Positions 24,873 through 37,752 of a stretch of DNA of 64,000 nucleotides are shown here, one piece after another. The DNA lies in contig JALDZX010000028.1 in NCBI GenBank assembly GCA_022813865.1, positions 1 through 64,000 on the forward strand, written 5' to 3'. Under the pieces are notes generated by a model, which was not told where the DNA came from, made no database searches, and saw only the letters and a program-made list of their open reading frames with translations. This stretch comes from Xylographa opegraphella. Its lineage: Eukaryota. The stretch's first letter is position 1. Every line of letters begins with the position of its first letter. Both the position numbers and the translations under genes were made by a program.

Positions 24873-26548
24873 TCAACCCATTACCATGCCCTTAAGCCCA
24901 GCCATGTCCCCTTCCTTGGCAGCTATCTCGAAATATCCGTAAATGATACTGTGTAAAAATTAGTACTAGGTTATGAAACTTAATCAGTATCTTACGTGAC
25001 AGCCAAGAGGATACCTGTCCCGGAACCCAAAGCTCCCATAAGATCGCTAGCCACAGAAAGAGCTCCGATGCAAGCGCCACCAAAAGCAGCAGCTGTAGGG
25101 ATAACCCTCTTCAGTTCCTTGTACATGCTCTGCTCGCGGTGTCCTGCCATAACAAGTCCCTGTTCCTTCAACTGTTTTGCAACGTCGCGAGGGGAAGATC
25201 CAGATACTTCAATCCATGTCTTCGAAAAGAGAGCGCAAGCGCTCAACATGAAAACGATATAGACGGCAGTATGGACTGGGTCGAGTAGAGCGGCTTTAAT
25301 ATCCAACGGAGGAGACATGTAATACGCGATACCCGAGGAAGCGTAGAGCTGAGCTGAGCCTTCCCGTGGTTCCCAAGCTCCAAGTAACTTGACAAGAATG
25401 TTTTCCGAGAATCGAGAATAAAGCATCTGACTGATCAGGAAATAATTGGACGCCAGAGCAGATTGCAGCATTATAGGCATGTTCGAAGTATAGAACAGAC
25501 GGACCGGATATGAACCCCGCATTCCCCTCTGTCTGGAAGACTTCAAAGGGATTTCGACACGGAAGCCTTGGAGGTAGATCACGGCCGCGAAAACGACCAA
25601 GGTAGCGAGCAGGTTCATGATATTTGGTAGATTCTGTCTGTAGAAGGCTTCGCGAAGAGCCACTTGCTTGTCGGGCCACGTGAGAAGCAGGTGAAATAGA
25701 GCTATCACTGCACCTTCGAATTCAGGACCGCGACCAGTATTGATAGTTGTTGGGGAGAAAGCCTTCCAGATGATGGACTCGCAAATATTTGTTGCAATGA
25801 AAAGAGAGATACCACTTCCAAGTCCATAGCCCTTTTGCAGCAACTCGTCGAGAAGAATGACAATAAGACCTGCCAAAACAAGTTGGACCACTAGAAGGAC
25901 GCAGACACCAGCACCCAGATCAGACGGCAATCCATAGAGACCAGTCAGAACATGAACACACGCCTGTCCGATAGCGATCACGATAGCAAAAAGTTTTTGT
26001 GCTGTTTGGTAGAGTTCACGGTCCGTCTTTAAGTCAAGATTGACATCAATAAGATGCGTACCCGCGAGGAGCTAGATTCTGTGAGCTTAATCCCGGCGCG
26101 GAGCCTTGCCGCGTACCTGAAAGACCATCCCGGACGATATAATTGGTGTTATACCAAGTTCCATCAACGTCCCCCGATTACTCGCCAGCATCATTCGAAG
26201 CCAGTACAGCGGATCTGAAGTGTCCGAGGATACGATCCCGTATAGCGGCATCTGGCTCATCACCAAGAATATCATCAGAGTTAACTACCCGTAACCCATT
26301 CTATTAGTTATTTCGGCATTTTACATAAATTGAGAGCCGCCATAGACAAATCAGGAAAGCTTACCCCTGTCCACATCAGCTTTTGATTGAAAGGTATCTT
26401 CGTTTCTGGAGACGCGACCTCCGGGAGAATGGGCGTAAAGGGCTTTATCAGGTCAAGGAATCGTACTGGACATTCATTCATGCTCATCAGCAGTGGTCTT
26501 GTGGTAAGGGCATTTGGTACCGCGCTGGGTTGACTTACACCCGCTCAT
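24873..26548 (-). CDS. SEC61: Protein translocon Sec61 alpha subunit, multi-exon
   Basis: [65 protein letters not shown]. Confidence 0.97.
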
Positions 26549-27598
26549 CTTGAAAATGGTGCCGCGGTGCGGACTTCCCAAGTTTAGAGAAGCGAAGTAA
26601 AGGAACGGATGTGCTTGACGCTTCTCGCCAAGGTCTATTACACCGACAGTAGAAAGATTGATTCCTCAAGGAGTTCCACGAAGGTATTGATGCATGAGCT
26701 GGCGAAGTTGTGGACCGTCAATTTCTCGCGAAAGGACAGATCAACCATACTAGTCCCAAAGTAGACTTAGTTTGGCCGGAACTTCAAACTCGAGACTCTG
26801 GAAGTCCTCATTGTCGTTATTATTGTGTATACACATGTCCGTTCTGTGCTCGGCGCGTCGAATCTGGAACTGATTAGGGTGTCTCGCGGATCACCGTACA
26901 TGAGGAAGTCGATATCCTCCAAACACTAATAGCTATGGCATTAGACTCTGCAAAGTAAAGTAGTGTACAGCGAGCTCCATGCTACTGCATTTTAGATTCA
27001 ATGTGTTAAGCTACATGAAACGTAGAAATTACTATGGCCTCATTGTAAGATGACCAAGTCAATGTAAAGAGATCAGTGGTCACGCAAATCCTCTTACCTT
27101 AAGATCTGCTGCAGTCAAACGCGCTTAATGAAATCCCAATGACTGCGCCTTTACAATTGAGAGTACACGGTAGCGTGAGATGTGAATGCGCAATAGTCTC
27201 CAACCACTTGTATAGGAGCTATGTTTGCCTTGCCGTCAACATTTGCCGTTGAGTTTGAACTTGCTGACCGGTAATACGGTTCGGAGGGTTTGTTTCCAGA
27301 ATTCTTTGATGACTGTTGACATATGCTCTGTTTTCTTGATTATTGGTTTTTTCTTTCAACCGATCTATCCCAACGATTGATGCGACTCGAAGAAGAGGAA
27401 GATCAATTTTTCCAACGCTTCTATAGATAAACTTAAAATACTGAATTGTGCAGAGCTGCTATTGTAATGCAGATTGTAGCCAAGCCTAAGAGCTGCTGAT
27501 ATTTCGATGTGGTGTCGCAGATTCTGTCTCAGACCATCATACAATTGACAGTTCACACTTGACAATTCATACGGCTGCATGATCACCAGACACTTCTC

Positions 27599-30500
27599 AT
27601 GGAAGCCAGTCCAGACTCGATAGAGTCTCTACCACAACCGAGAACCTTCGAGGAAGTCGAAAGAGTTTTATTCCGGCCTCGATCTCTGTGGCCTTCATAC
27701 TGACTCTTGTATTCTAGCTAGTTCAGCGGCTCTACTTGCCAGGATCTTCGAGGCAAGTTGCACAGATCCAGCAGGTACTTCAAAACCTACAAAAATCGAC
27801 AGAGGGCTGGGCACTGGCAGATGCCCTGCTGCAGAGTAATGATGCCAATGTCCGTTTCTTTGGAGCGCTGACATTCACCATTAAGATCAATACCGATTGG
27901 TAGTTATTGGAGGTTTGTCTAGTACACAGGTCTAACTGGTACTAGGCTGTCCTTGAGCGACAATCATTCCGAACTGTTAGGAACACTGCTGTCATGGCTA
28001 AACCGGCTTGTCTATGTAAATGAGCGCCCCCTAGTGGTGCGAAAGCTGGGGTCGGCCTTAGCAGCGTATTTTCTTCAACCCACCGCACAATGGACTCGAT
28101 GTGTCCGTCATATTATCTGCTGCTTCTATACCAAATCTGTTGTGATTGAAAGCGATGCTGATAATTTACCACCATCGACTATTCTAATGCAAAACCTCAA
28201 TGCTTCGCAAGTGATTGCAACTTTATGGTTCGCGACCACTGTTGTGGAAGAGGCTGGTAAGCTAGGCTTCGAAACAATTCAAACGTAGGTATGGCAATGA
28301 GAGCCTTCATTGCTGATATATACATATGTGCCGGCCTGACCTAGTCTTTAGACATAAATACCACGAGAAGACAGCAGCAAATATCGATGATATAGTTTCG
28401 ATTCTGAGTTGTGTATTGAACAACGCCATGATTTCTGAACCAAATCTCACAAACGAGTGTATCAAATGCTGCCAGGTACTGAATAATGCCTGTTCCCGGA
28501 TGGGTCGAGGCTGACACCTTGCTGCGCAGTCATGGATCATGTATGCACAGAAGGCGTGGTTCAAAAAGGACCAATATCTGTCACGCTTTAAGTGCCTGAC
28601 ACCCTCTATCATCGAGCGTTTCAGGTTTACCGAAACCGCCGATACATCTCGGGAGTTCCTCATTGATGTGCTGAATAATTTCCCATCCTATCTCCTACCA
28701 TCAGATTATGAACATATTGCCAGTGTCATAAACAGTCCTTTGTGCAACAGCGTCGTGGACAACCTTCGCGACGGCGACTTCGATGTCGATACAGTGGCGT
28801 TCTCTCGTTTGCTATTAGCATTTGGAGATGCTACAGTACAAGATCTTGCCCAAAAGACCGAAAGTTGGGATTATGCGGCAATACTTGGTCTCTTAGAAGG
28901 TCTGATGAAGTGTAAAGGTTATGCAGTGGTTGACGATGAGATTTGTCCGCAGGCACTAGAGTTCTGGATCACCTTTACCGAGTATCTCACAGATATTCTC
29001 TTTGCTGTCGGTAATGACCGTCCGCTTTGGATGGACTCTGCGTTACAAGTTCTGATGCGGATCATTGAGGCATCATGGAAGAAGAGTCTTCTGCCCCCAC
29101 CAGATATCACTTCTTCCTGGGACCACGATACCAGGACCGGATTCAAGGCATTCCGTGCAGACGTCGAAGATCTACTACAATCATCCTACACTCTTTTGGG
29201 CCTCAGTCTCTTCGAGCGATTCGTTCAACTTGCTCTCCACGCTCTACGTACTGGAGCATGGTACCCTCTCGAAACGACTCTGTTCTGTCTGAACGCGCTC
29301 GCAGACTCCGTTGCCGAAGAAGGTATCGCTGATCAGAATCTGTTGCAAATTTTCGGTTCGAGCTTTTTCGGTCAGATGGCAGGCGACGAAGCTTTAGTAC
29401 CAATCAAATGCCAACAAACTGCTGTTACCATGATCAACCGTTATACTGCCTTTTTCGAAAGACACATCGACCATCTACCTCAGGTACTGAACTTCTTATT
29501 TAGTCGCTTACAAATCGCAGACATGGCAAACCATTCAAGTAAAGCTATACTGGCATTGTGCTACTCATGCCGGAAATCGCTTATGCCAGAGCTTGAAGCG
29601 TTTCTCCATCAATACGAAAGGCTTCTTTCGCAGCACCTCATTGATATTAATACAAAAGAAAGAGTGATTGGCGCCATAGCAGCGATCGTCCAGGCAGTGA
29701 CTCCTGTCGAGAACATGTTCGCACCGCTTGATCGACTATTACTCTTCGTTCAGGCCGATGTTCAGAACTGCTTAGGACTTCTGAGTTCTGGTCTTGTCGA
29801 AGAAGCTCAACCAATCGGCCTAGCAGCACTAAAGTGTCTGGTCAGTATTGGAAAAGCAATGCAAGTTCCAGACGAGGTGCCGATTGATCTGATCTCATCC
29901 AAATCAGCTCCAACAATATGGAATCAGGATCCAGGAATAGCCATACAGTCGAGGATAGTACAGTGTTACGAAGCTATTTTCTCTTCCTTGCCGTCTGATG
30001 GCGATATCGTCGAGGCGACATGCCAGATCTTGAGGACAGGATACACCGAGACATCTCCAGGACCGTTCGTCTTATCACCCCTAAAGACAGCTGACTTGGT
30101 AGTCCACAGTAGATTGTCAACAGCGCGTTTAGGACATATCCTCGACACTGCAGGGCTTATGCTCAGCCGTAATATGACGGAGCACTCAGATGACTTCAAG
30201 CCAGCAACAATGAAATGCTTCCAGCACTCTCTTCATCTTATAGCCGCCATTGGACGTAGGTTTTGTCGCAGATATGCTCGAATCGCAATTTGCTAAACAG
30301 TAACGCAGATGATCCTACTAGTGATCCCGAAGTCGCCTCGAGCTGCATAGAATTAGTCGCGAAAATGATCCCACGTTACCTTGACATTTTCTTCGAGCCT
30401 CAGCTTCAGTCCATGCTGCCCAACTTCCTTACGTTCTCAATACAATGTTTGATAAGTCCCGAGATCTTACCAAAGCGTTCGTCAGCAAATTTCTGGGTAT

Positions 30501-30970
30501 TTCCACATTGCAATGCTCACCAAGCATGGAAGTTCTGTGTTAACTTTGTACAGACTTCGTTTATTCAAGTACAAGAACAGAGTACTCAAGTACAATCAAT
30601 GGTTGACGCTGCGATGCAAACTTATGGGCCTGACCTGGCACGTGCACTCATGCGAGGCATCGGGGGTGAAGCGGCGCGAAGCGAGCTGGATAGTCTTTCG
30701 GAACTGCTGAAGAAGATGGTATACACGCAACCAAGAGCCAAACAGTGGCTGACGGATGCTCTTGCCGGCGGTGACTTCCCAAGCCAAGTAGTCTCGGATG
30801 TGGAAAAAAGGGTGTGGCTGCAGAAAGTGGTCAAGTATGTGAGATAGGCCTCCATCTTTATACCCTGTGCTGACGACACATATAGTCTTAGAGGCGCACG
30901 CGGCACAAATCAAGCTGTGAAGGACTTCTGGATGGCATGCAGAGGGACTAATCATGCCTTTGCATCATGA
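27599..30970 (+). CDS. Importin-beta family karyopherin (importin-13/Kap122-like), multi-exon
   Basis: N-terminal LQKSTEGWALADALL..VRFFGALTFTIKINTDW, HEAT-repeat helices, ALEFW, FRADV, GGEAARSELD, C-terminal FWMACRGT. Confidence 0.85.
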
Positions 30971-31071
30971 ATAGCCCAGTGCGACATTTTATTTGTAACT
31001 TAAAGCAGCTGGATTGAAAATTGCATTGTACTACACTCCACCTGCTTTTTCAACATAATTATCTTGATCGA

Positions 31072-31723
31072 TCAGAACTCCGCAAAAGCAGCTAACATGA
31101 ATGTTGCTCCGAAGCTCAGCTTGAAGGCGACGTTATCCTCGATAGCAGACCGTAAGTCTATGCCTTTCACATATTGCTGCAATCGCGTCGTAGGTACTAT
31201 GTTGATACCCCTTGAAGCAGCAAACTACTCGTTCTGTTAGAGCAATGTCCTTTCCTTATAGCACCCGCCATGGTCAAGAATACCTGCACTCCCATCACCA
31301 TCAACCCTATCAGAAACGCCAGCGTCTTCGAAAACGTTGAAACGGCAAGCCCTCCTAGCAGACCTACAGTCACAGAGACAGAGCAAGAATTAGCTCTCTG
31401 ATCTTATGCTGACACACTTTCTCTCTTTTTCCCAAACATCGCATCCTCCTCCATCCACATCATTTCTTACACCTACCTAATATACTCCCACTCGAGATCT
31501 GCTTGTACGCCGCTGGGTTTGGCCGCCCGTTCTTCACTACCGGCACCTGCGCATCTCGCGAGTATGTCCGGAAAGTATCTGATCCGAGCAGGGAAGCACT
31601 TTCGCAGAGAAGTGGCCTCCGTATTTGTTGGTAGAAAGTGTGTGCAGCGAAAGCAGTAGAAATACCGAGGCCAAGGGAAAGTGGTGCCAAAAGGGGCCGA
31701 CGAAGGAGGAAGAGCGTCGCCAT
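31072..31723 (-). CDS. FUN14 family mitochondrial outer-membrane protein, 3 exons
   Basis: YKQISSGSILG/LLGGLAVSTFSK, GINIVP, NVAFKLSFGATFMLAAF. Confidence 0.8.
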
Positions 31724-32202
31724 TGTGAGGCTTTTGTGTTTCGTGCGAGGCGTTGGAGATGACCGCAAAGCTGAAGGGGCGGATTGGGATTGTAATTGAG
31801 CTCAATACACGAGCAGTACTCGAGAGAGCTGCATCGTGGACTTTCATCCACTGACATCACTAAAGCTCGGGCCACCAATGCCATATGCGTGGACAGGGGT
31901 ATCTTTTCCCATGGCGGCTGAGGCCGTTTTTCCGAAGATAACCGATAACTCTATTCAGACCCTGCGATTTGTAACTTTTTTCGATGTGGGGCTTTCGAGG
32001 AGTCATCATGGATGTCACAATGCGGTCCTTCAACTCTTCCTTCGCGCCCTTACTTCAGCTTTTCGTCATAATCACATTACTGTCCCAGAAGACTCCGTGA
32101 ACCTGGCTGCATAGAGCTATTACTTTCTCAGAAGAATCATTTTACCCTCAGAAACTCATACACCGTTCCACCACCGCCTCGCCTCCTCAATCTTCCGCAA
32201 GA

Positions 32203-33258
32203 ATGACCAACGACTCCAAAGCCCCCAACGGCCACGGGCCTTCCACGGAAACCAATGGCGAGTCCACCAATTTCACAGTCAAGGCTGGATTAGCCCAGAT
32301 GATGAAAGGAGGAGTAATAATGGACGTCGTCAATGCTGAACAGGTACCAATTCACGCCCTCTACCCCAAGCCGTGATTACTTGACTCACAACTCTCATTT
32401 TAAGGCCAGAATAGCCGAAGAGGCTGGCGCCTGCGCCGTGATGGCCCTTGAGCGTGTTCCTGCCGATATCCGAGCTCAAGGCGGCGTGGCTCGTATGTCG
32501 GACCCCAAGATGATCAAGGAGATCATGGCGACAGTGACCATACCCGTCATGGCGAAGGCACGGATAGGGCACTTCGTTGAATGCCAAGTACGCCTCTCAT
32601 TTACCTATCCACACACATCTTACCTGACCACTGATCACTCCCTCAGATTCTTGAAGCCCTCGGCGTCGACTACATCGACGAGTCCGAAGTCCTCACACTT
32701 GCCGACCCACATGCCCACGTTGAGAAACATGCCTTCCGTGTTCCTTTTGTCTGCGGCTGTCGGAACCTCGGCGAAGCGCTCCGTCGGATCTCCGAAGGCG
32801 CGGCCATGATCCGCACAAAGGGCGAGGCTGGCACGGGTGACGTGATCGAGGCCGTCCGGCACATGCGAACCGTCACGAACGAGATAAACCGCGCAGCTGG
32901 GATGTCGGACATGGAGCTGCGGGTGATGGCGAAGGAGATCGGGGCACCGTTTGACCTGCTGAAACAGACGGCGCAGCTGAAGCGGCTGCCGGTGGTGAAT
33001 TTTGCGGCGGGCGGGGTCGCGACGCCAGCCGACGCAGCCCTCATGATGCAGTTGGGCTGCGATGGCGTGTTTGTGGGAAGCGGGATCTTCAAGAGCGGGG
33101 ACGCGCGGAAGAGGGCCAAGGCGATCGTGCAGGCCGTGACGCATTTCCGGGACGCGAAAGTGCTGGCGGAGGTGAGTGAGGATTTGGGGGATGCGATGGT
33201 CGGGATCAACTGTGGGAGCATGGCGGAAGGGGAGAAGCTGCAGGTGAGGGGGTCGTGA
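32203..33258 (+). CDS. SNZ1: Pyridoxal 5'-phosphate synthase subunit (PDX1/SNZ/pyroA), 3 exons
   Basis: [59 protein letters not shown]. Confidence 0.97.
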
Positions 33259-34535
33259 TACAGGGTGGAGCATTGAGAGGAAGAGGCTGCTGTATGATGC
33301 GATACGAGCAATTGTACATATCTGGGGAGCCAAAAAGTGGACCTTTCAACATTAGACTCCATCATAGAAAAGTCGAATAGACCGGTCTCACGGACCAGCA
33401 CAAGCAAGTTCTGCCCATAGGTCCTAGAAGTTCTATCGAAAAGCGGAAAATATAAGCAAAGCACGATACTGACCAGGATTCGGTCTCATCCCAGAATCAA
33501 AGTGCCAAGGTGACCCTCTGGACCAGAAGCGCAGAGGCGAAATCGTCTTGTAAACCTTATCTACTTAGCTAGCAGGCTTTCTGTCTTGTTGCATTACACG
33601 CAGCGGGAACAGTACAACGTACAAACAGAAAAGGAGGGAACGCTCCTCAAGGCCGGGGCTGGATCCGAGCTTCTACCTTATGCTTCAGGCATTTATTGTA
33701 GCGTTTCCAATATAACAAGCCAAGTTGAAGCATTCGTTCCAGATGGTCAAATGAACATGATGTACTGCGTTCAGCCACATTGGTTGTTAGGTTGCTTCAC
33801 TATTGCAGTCCATGTCCTGCAAAGACTGCTCCAGCAATGAATAGAACAAACAGGCAAGCGCTGGAACTTTGGCCAATGGAAACATCAAAGCGCAGGAAGT
33901 CAAACAATCATGTCACAAGCAATGGGATCGATATTTCAGGTAACTTGGCTCATAGACTCGGTTCATATAAGGGGATATATCTCCGCACCTTAAATTGCTC
34001 GTCTAAAGGGTGGCATGTTCCTACGCACCCTCACGGTACTGCGTGATCGGGCAAGAATAGAGATCCCGTGGCTGGTATAGCGGTACAATCATATAGCTGT
34101 AAGATCAGACTGTAATAGTGCTATATCGAATACTAGATCTGCGCAATACGTATCGGAGACTTCAAGTGCCAAATGCCAAAGTGGAGGCGAGGCACCCTTT
34201 TCTCCCTCCAGCTGATGGTTCCGTGGCTTTCATGCATCATACTCTAAATAAGACACTGACAAGAGCTACTTTCTCAGCCATTATCTTGCCTGCCATCAAT
34301 CTTGAGGCTAATTGAGTGCTGCAATTGTCTGTTGAGAATATGGATTGATGCCGTGCCATTGAGTTTTCGTCGTTCGAGTAGGAAGGATTGGGTTTGAATA
34401 TGAGATTCGACTTGCTTTAGAGCCTATGCCCGATGAGGACAAGCGTAAGATATTCAGGTAAGTCTAGTGCGAGAATGGAACAGCCTTGCCCTAATTACCG
34501 TATCTAAATGTCGTTTGTCTTGTTCCTCTTCTCCA

Positions 34536-37116
34536 ATGCAAGTGCTTAATCGAATAGTGCTTCGAACCTCGTTTGCTAGCCTTCCTGTCAAGCCTAGACT
34601 TCCCTTCCCCTCAAACTACTCAAACAACCTACGATACTTCTCGTCGTCTCGAATTCTCGCTGCTCTTGAAATGGAGACCGTGAATAGTACAGATCGGTTG
34701 CAGCACCTTAGACAGCTTATGAAAGAAAATAAGTTTGATATCTATAGTATATAGTGTGAAAGGCTTGGTAAAGCGGCTGTTGACCGCTTGCAAGTTGTTC
34801 CGTCCGAAGACAGCCATCAATCAGAGTACATTGCGCCTTGTGATGCTCGTAGAGGTCAGCGACATACTCACCGTTCAATCTGCCGCTTATATATATAGCA
34901 CATATTTCTGGATTTACTGGATCTGCTGGAACTGCAGTCATTACCCTTGAGAAGGCAGCTTTGGCCACCGACGGCCGCTATTTCAATCAAGCTTCGAAAC
35001 AGCTCGACAGTAATTGGCTACTGCTCAAACAGGGCTTAGAGGACGTACCTACCTGGCAGGAATGGTCAGTAAGCAGACATCGCAGAATATCTCTTATTTG
35101 CTGACAAAGTCAGGACGGCCGAGCAATCGGAAGGTGGCAAGGTTGTGGGGGTAGACTCTACAGTCATCACTGCTCGTCAGATTCTCTTTATCTGGCAGTA
35201 TAAAGATAGAGCGCTGAACTTTCTTCTAGCCGATGCACGGAAGCTTGCGGAGAAGATCAAGAAGAAGGGTGGCGGGAAACTTGTGGGAGTTGAGACTAAT
35301 CTGGTCGACCAGGTCTGGGGCAAGGCGAGACCAGCCCGTCCTAACGAGCAGGTAAAAGTTTTAGATGTACAATTTTCCGGCAAGAAATTTCAAGAGAAGC
35401 TAGAAGACTTGAGAAAAGAATTGGAGAAAAAGAAGAGTGCAGGCCTTATCGTTTGTGTGTCATGCTGACGAACCAAGCTCATACGGAGCATTGATGACTT
35501 TGCTAACTCTTCTTCTAGCTATGCTTGACGAGATAGCATGGCTCTATAATCTTCGCGGAAACGAGTAAGTACTTATCCATTACGGTATGATGTTAAGTCT
35601 TTTGAACATCGTTCAGCATTCCTTATAACCCGGTCTTTTTCTCGTATGCCATAATAACGCCCACGGCTGCTACAATCTACGTTGATTCTAGCAAGCTAAA
35701 TTCCGACGTTCACAATCACCTCGGAGATACTGTACATATTCGACCATATAGTGCAATCTTCGATGATGTCAAGGTCATGGGTGAATCGTTGCAGACCGAG
35801 ACCACTACCAACGGGGACTCAAACGCAGAGGTTCCAAAGAGAAAATTCATGATATCCACGAAGGCTTCCTGGGCGTTGAGTTTGATCCTTGGTGGAGAAG
35901 ACAAGGTTGATGAACTACGAAGTCCTATTGGTGATGCCAAGGCGATCAAGAACAAAACCGAGCTCGAAGGTATGCGGCAGTGTCACATCCGTGATGGAGC
36001 TGCTTTAAGCGAGTACTTCGCTTGGTTGGAGGAAGAGCTTGTCACCAAGGAAACGAAACTTGATGAAGTGGAGGCTGCGGACAAGCTGGAACAAATTCGA
36101 TCGTAGGTCACCAATGATGTCTCGTATCCTTCCCATCTTTTGTCTCATGGAATGCGCTAGGAAACATGAAAACTTTGTTGGTTTATCCTTCGACACTATT
36201 TCGTCCACAGGAGCAAATGCCGCTGTTATCCACTACAAGCCTGAACCAGGGAATTGTTCTACCATTGATCCGAAGGCTATCTATTTGTGTGACTCAGGTG
36301 CGCAGTACCTTGATGGCACGACGGATACGACCCGGACCTTGCATTTTGGCGAGCCTACGGAGCTTGAGCGAAAAGCATATACATTAGTGCTGAAAGGGGT
36401 CATTTCCCTTGAGACGGTTGTATTCCCTAAAGGGACCAATGGGCTTGCTTTGGACACACTGGCGAGACAATTTCTATGGTCAGAAGGCTTGGACTACAGG
36501 CACGGTACCGGACATGGCGTTGGCTCCTATCTGGTATTACAAGCCCCTGTAACCATTATGATATTCGAGATACGGCTGACTTTTGCAAAAGAACGTTCAC
36601 GAAGGGCCAATCGGGGTTGGTACGCGTGTACAATACACCGAAGTCGCTCTCTCGGCAGGCAACGTGATATCAGATGGTACAGATTCCTCACGTCCGTCCT
36701 GGCATCACTAACGAGTCGTTCAGAACCTGGCTACTACGAGGACGGTAATTTTGGTATACGTATAGAGAGTGAGTGCTCTAATCATCCTCTCCATGAATAC
36801 ATCTTACTCTTAGACCTACCCAATGGATATCGATCGGGACAATTGACTTGTTTGACTGATTAACGTCATAGATATCATCATGGCCAAGGAAGTCAAAACA
36901 GCGCACTCGTTCGGTGAAAAGCCATGGCTAAGTTTCGAGCACGTGACGATGGTACCCATGTGCCGCAAGTTGATCGACGAGAAGTATCTCACGCCGAAAG
37001 AGGTGACATGGCTGAACAACTACCATGCAGAAGTCTTGGACAAGACGAAGTCTTATTTCGAAGGACGAGATGAGCGGACGATGAAGTGGTTAGAGAGGGA
37101 GACACAGCCCATCTAG
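34536..37116 (+). CDS. Xaa-Pro aminopeptidase P (peptidase M24B), multi-exon
   Basis: [73 protein letters not shown]. Confidence 0.95.
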
Positions 37117-37752
37117 AGGAGGTACAGAAGGATGTGTAATGCATGAAAGGGGTTTCCGAGATAGGGCATGATTGAGCGGAGCATGAGGTAGGCACATGCG
37201 GCTGAATAGATGTCAATTAATGCTCCTCTGCTACGTATGATTTTTGAGTTCATCGACAGATTCTTCGACAGAGGTTATATCTCATTGCTTACTTCCTGAT
37301 CATTGTGAACGTTGGCTTTACTAATCAAACCTTCCATTACTATCATTTGAAATGAGACGCACATGCCGTCGAACCTCTCCGAACATCTGACAAGAATGCA
37401 CAAAGACATAATGATGCGCGTGGCTTATCTTTACTCTTACTTGTATCTTCTACTTCGCCCTTCTAGTCCCTACATCTCGTCGCCTAGCCACAGGCTACCG
37501 CTCTGCGAAATCGACACTCTTGGCATGATCTCGACTGGTTTATCTCCCCAGGCCATGCGGGCCCAGGACCACTCTTTCTATTCACCTGATCTACCCTTGA
37601 ACCCCGGAAATGGCGACCAACGCTCCATCCGGCTGCACCGCAGCACTCGGACCATTTCCATGGCTCCCGGAATCCGCAGAAAGGTAACTCCAGGCAACAG
37701 AGCATACACAAAATCTGCCTAATATCCCTCGAACCCCGATCATACACTAGTA

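Noticed and set aside
26900..27590. Possible gene relic between SEC61 and the importin
   Set aside because: Only short stop-interrupted frames; nothing supportable.
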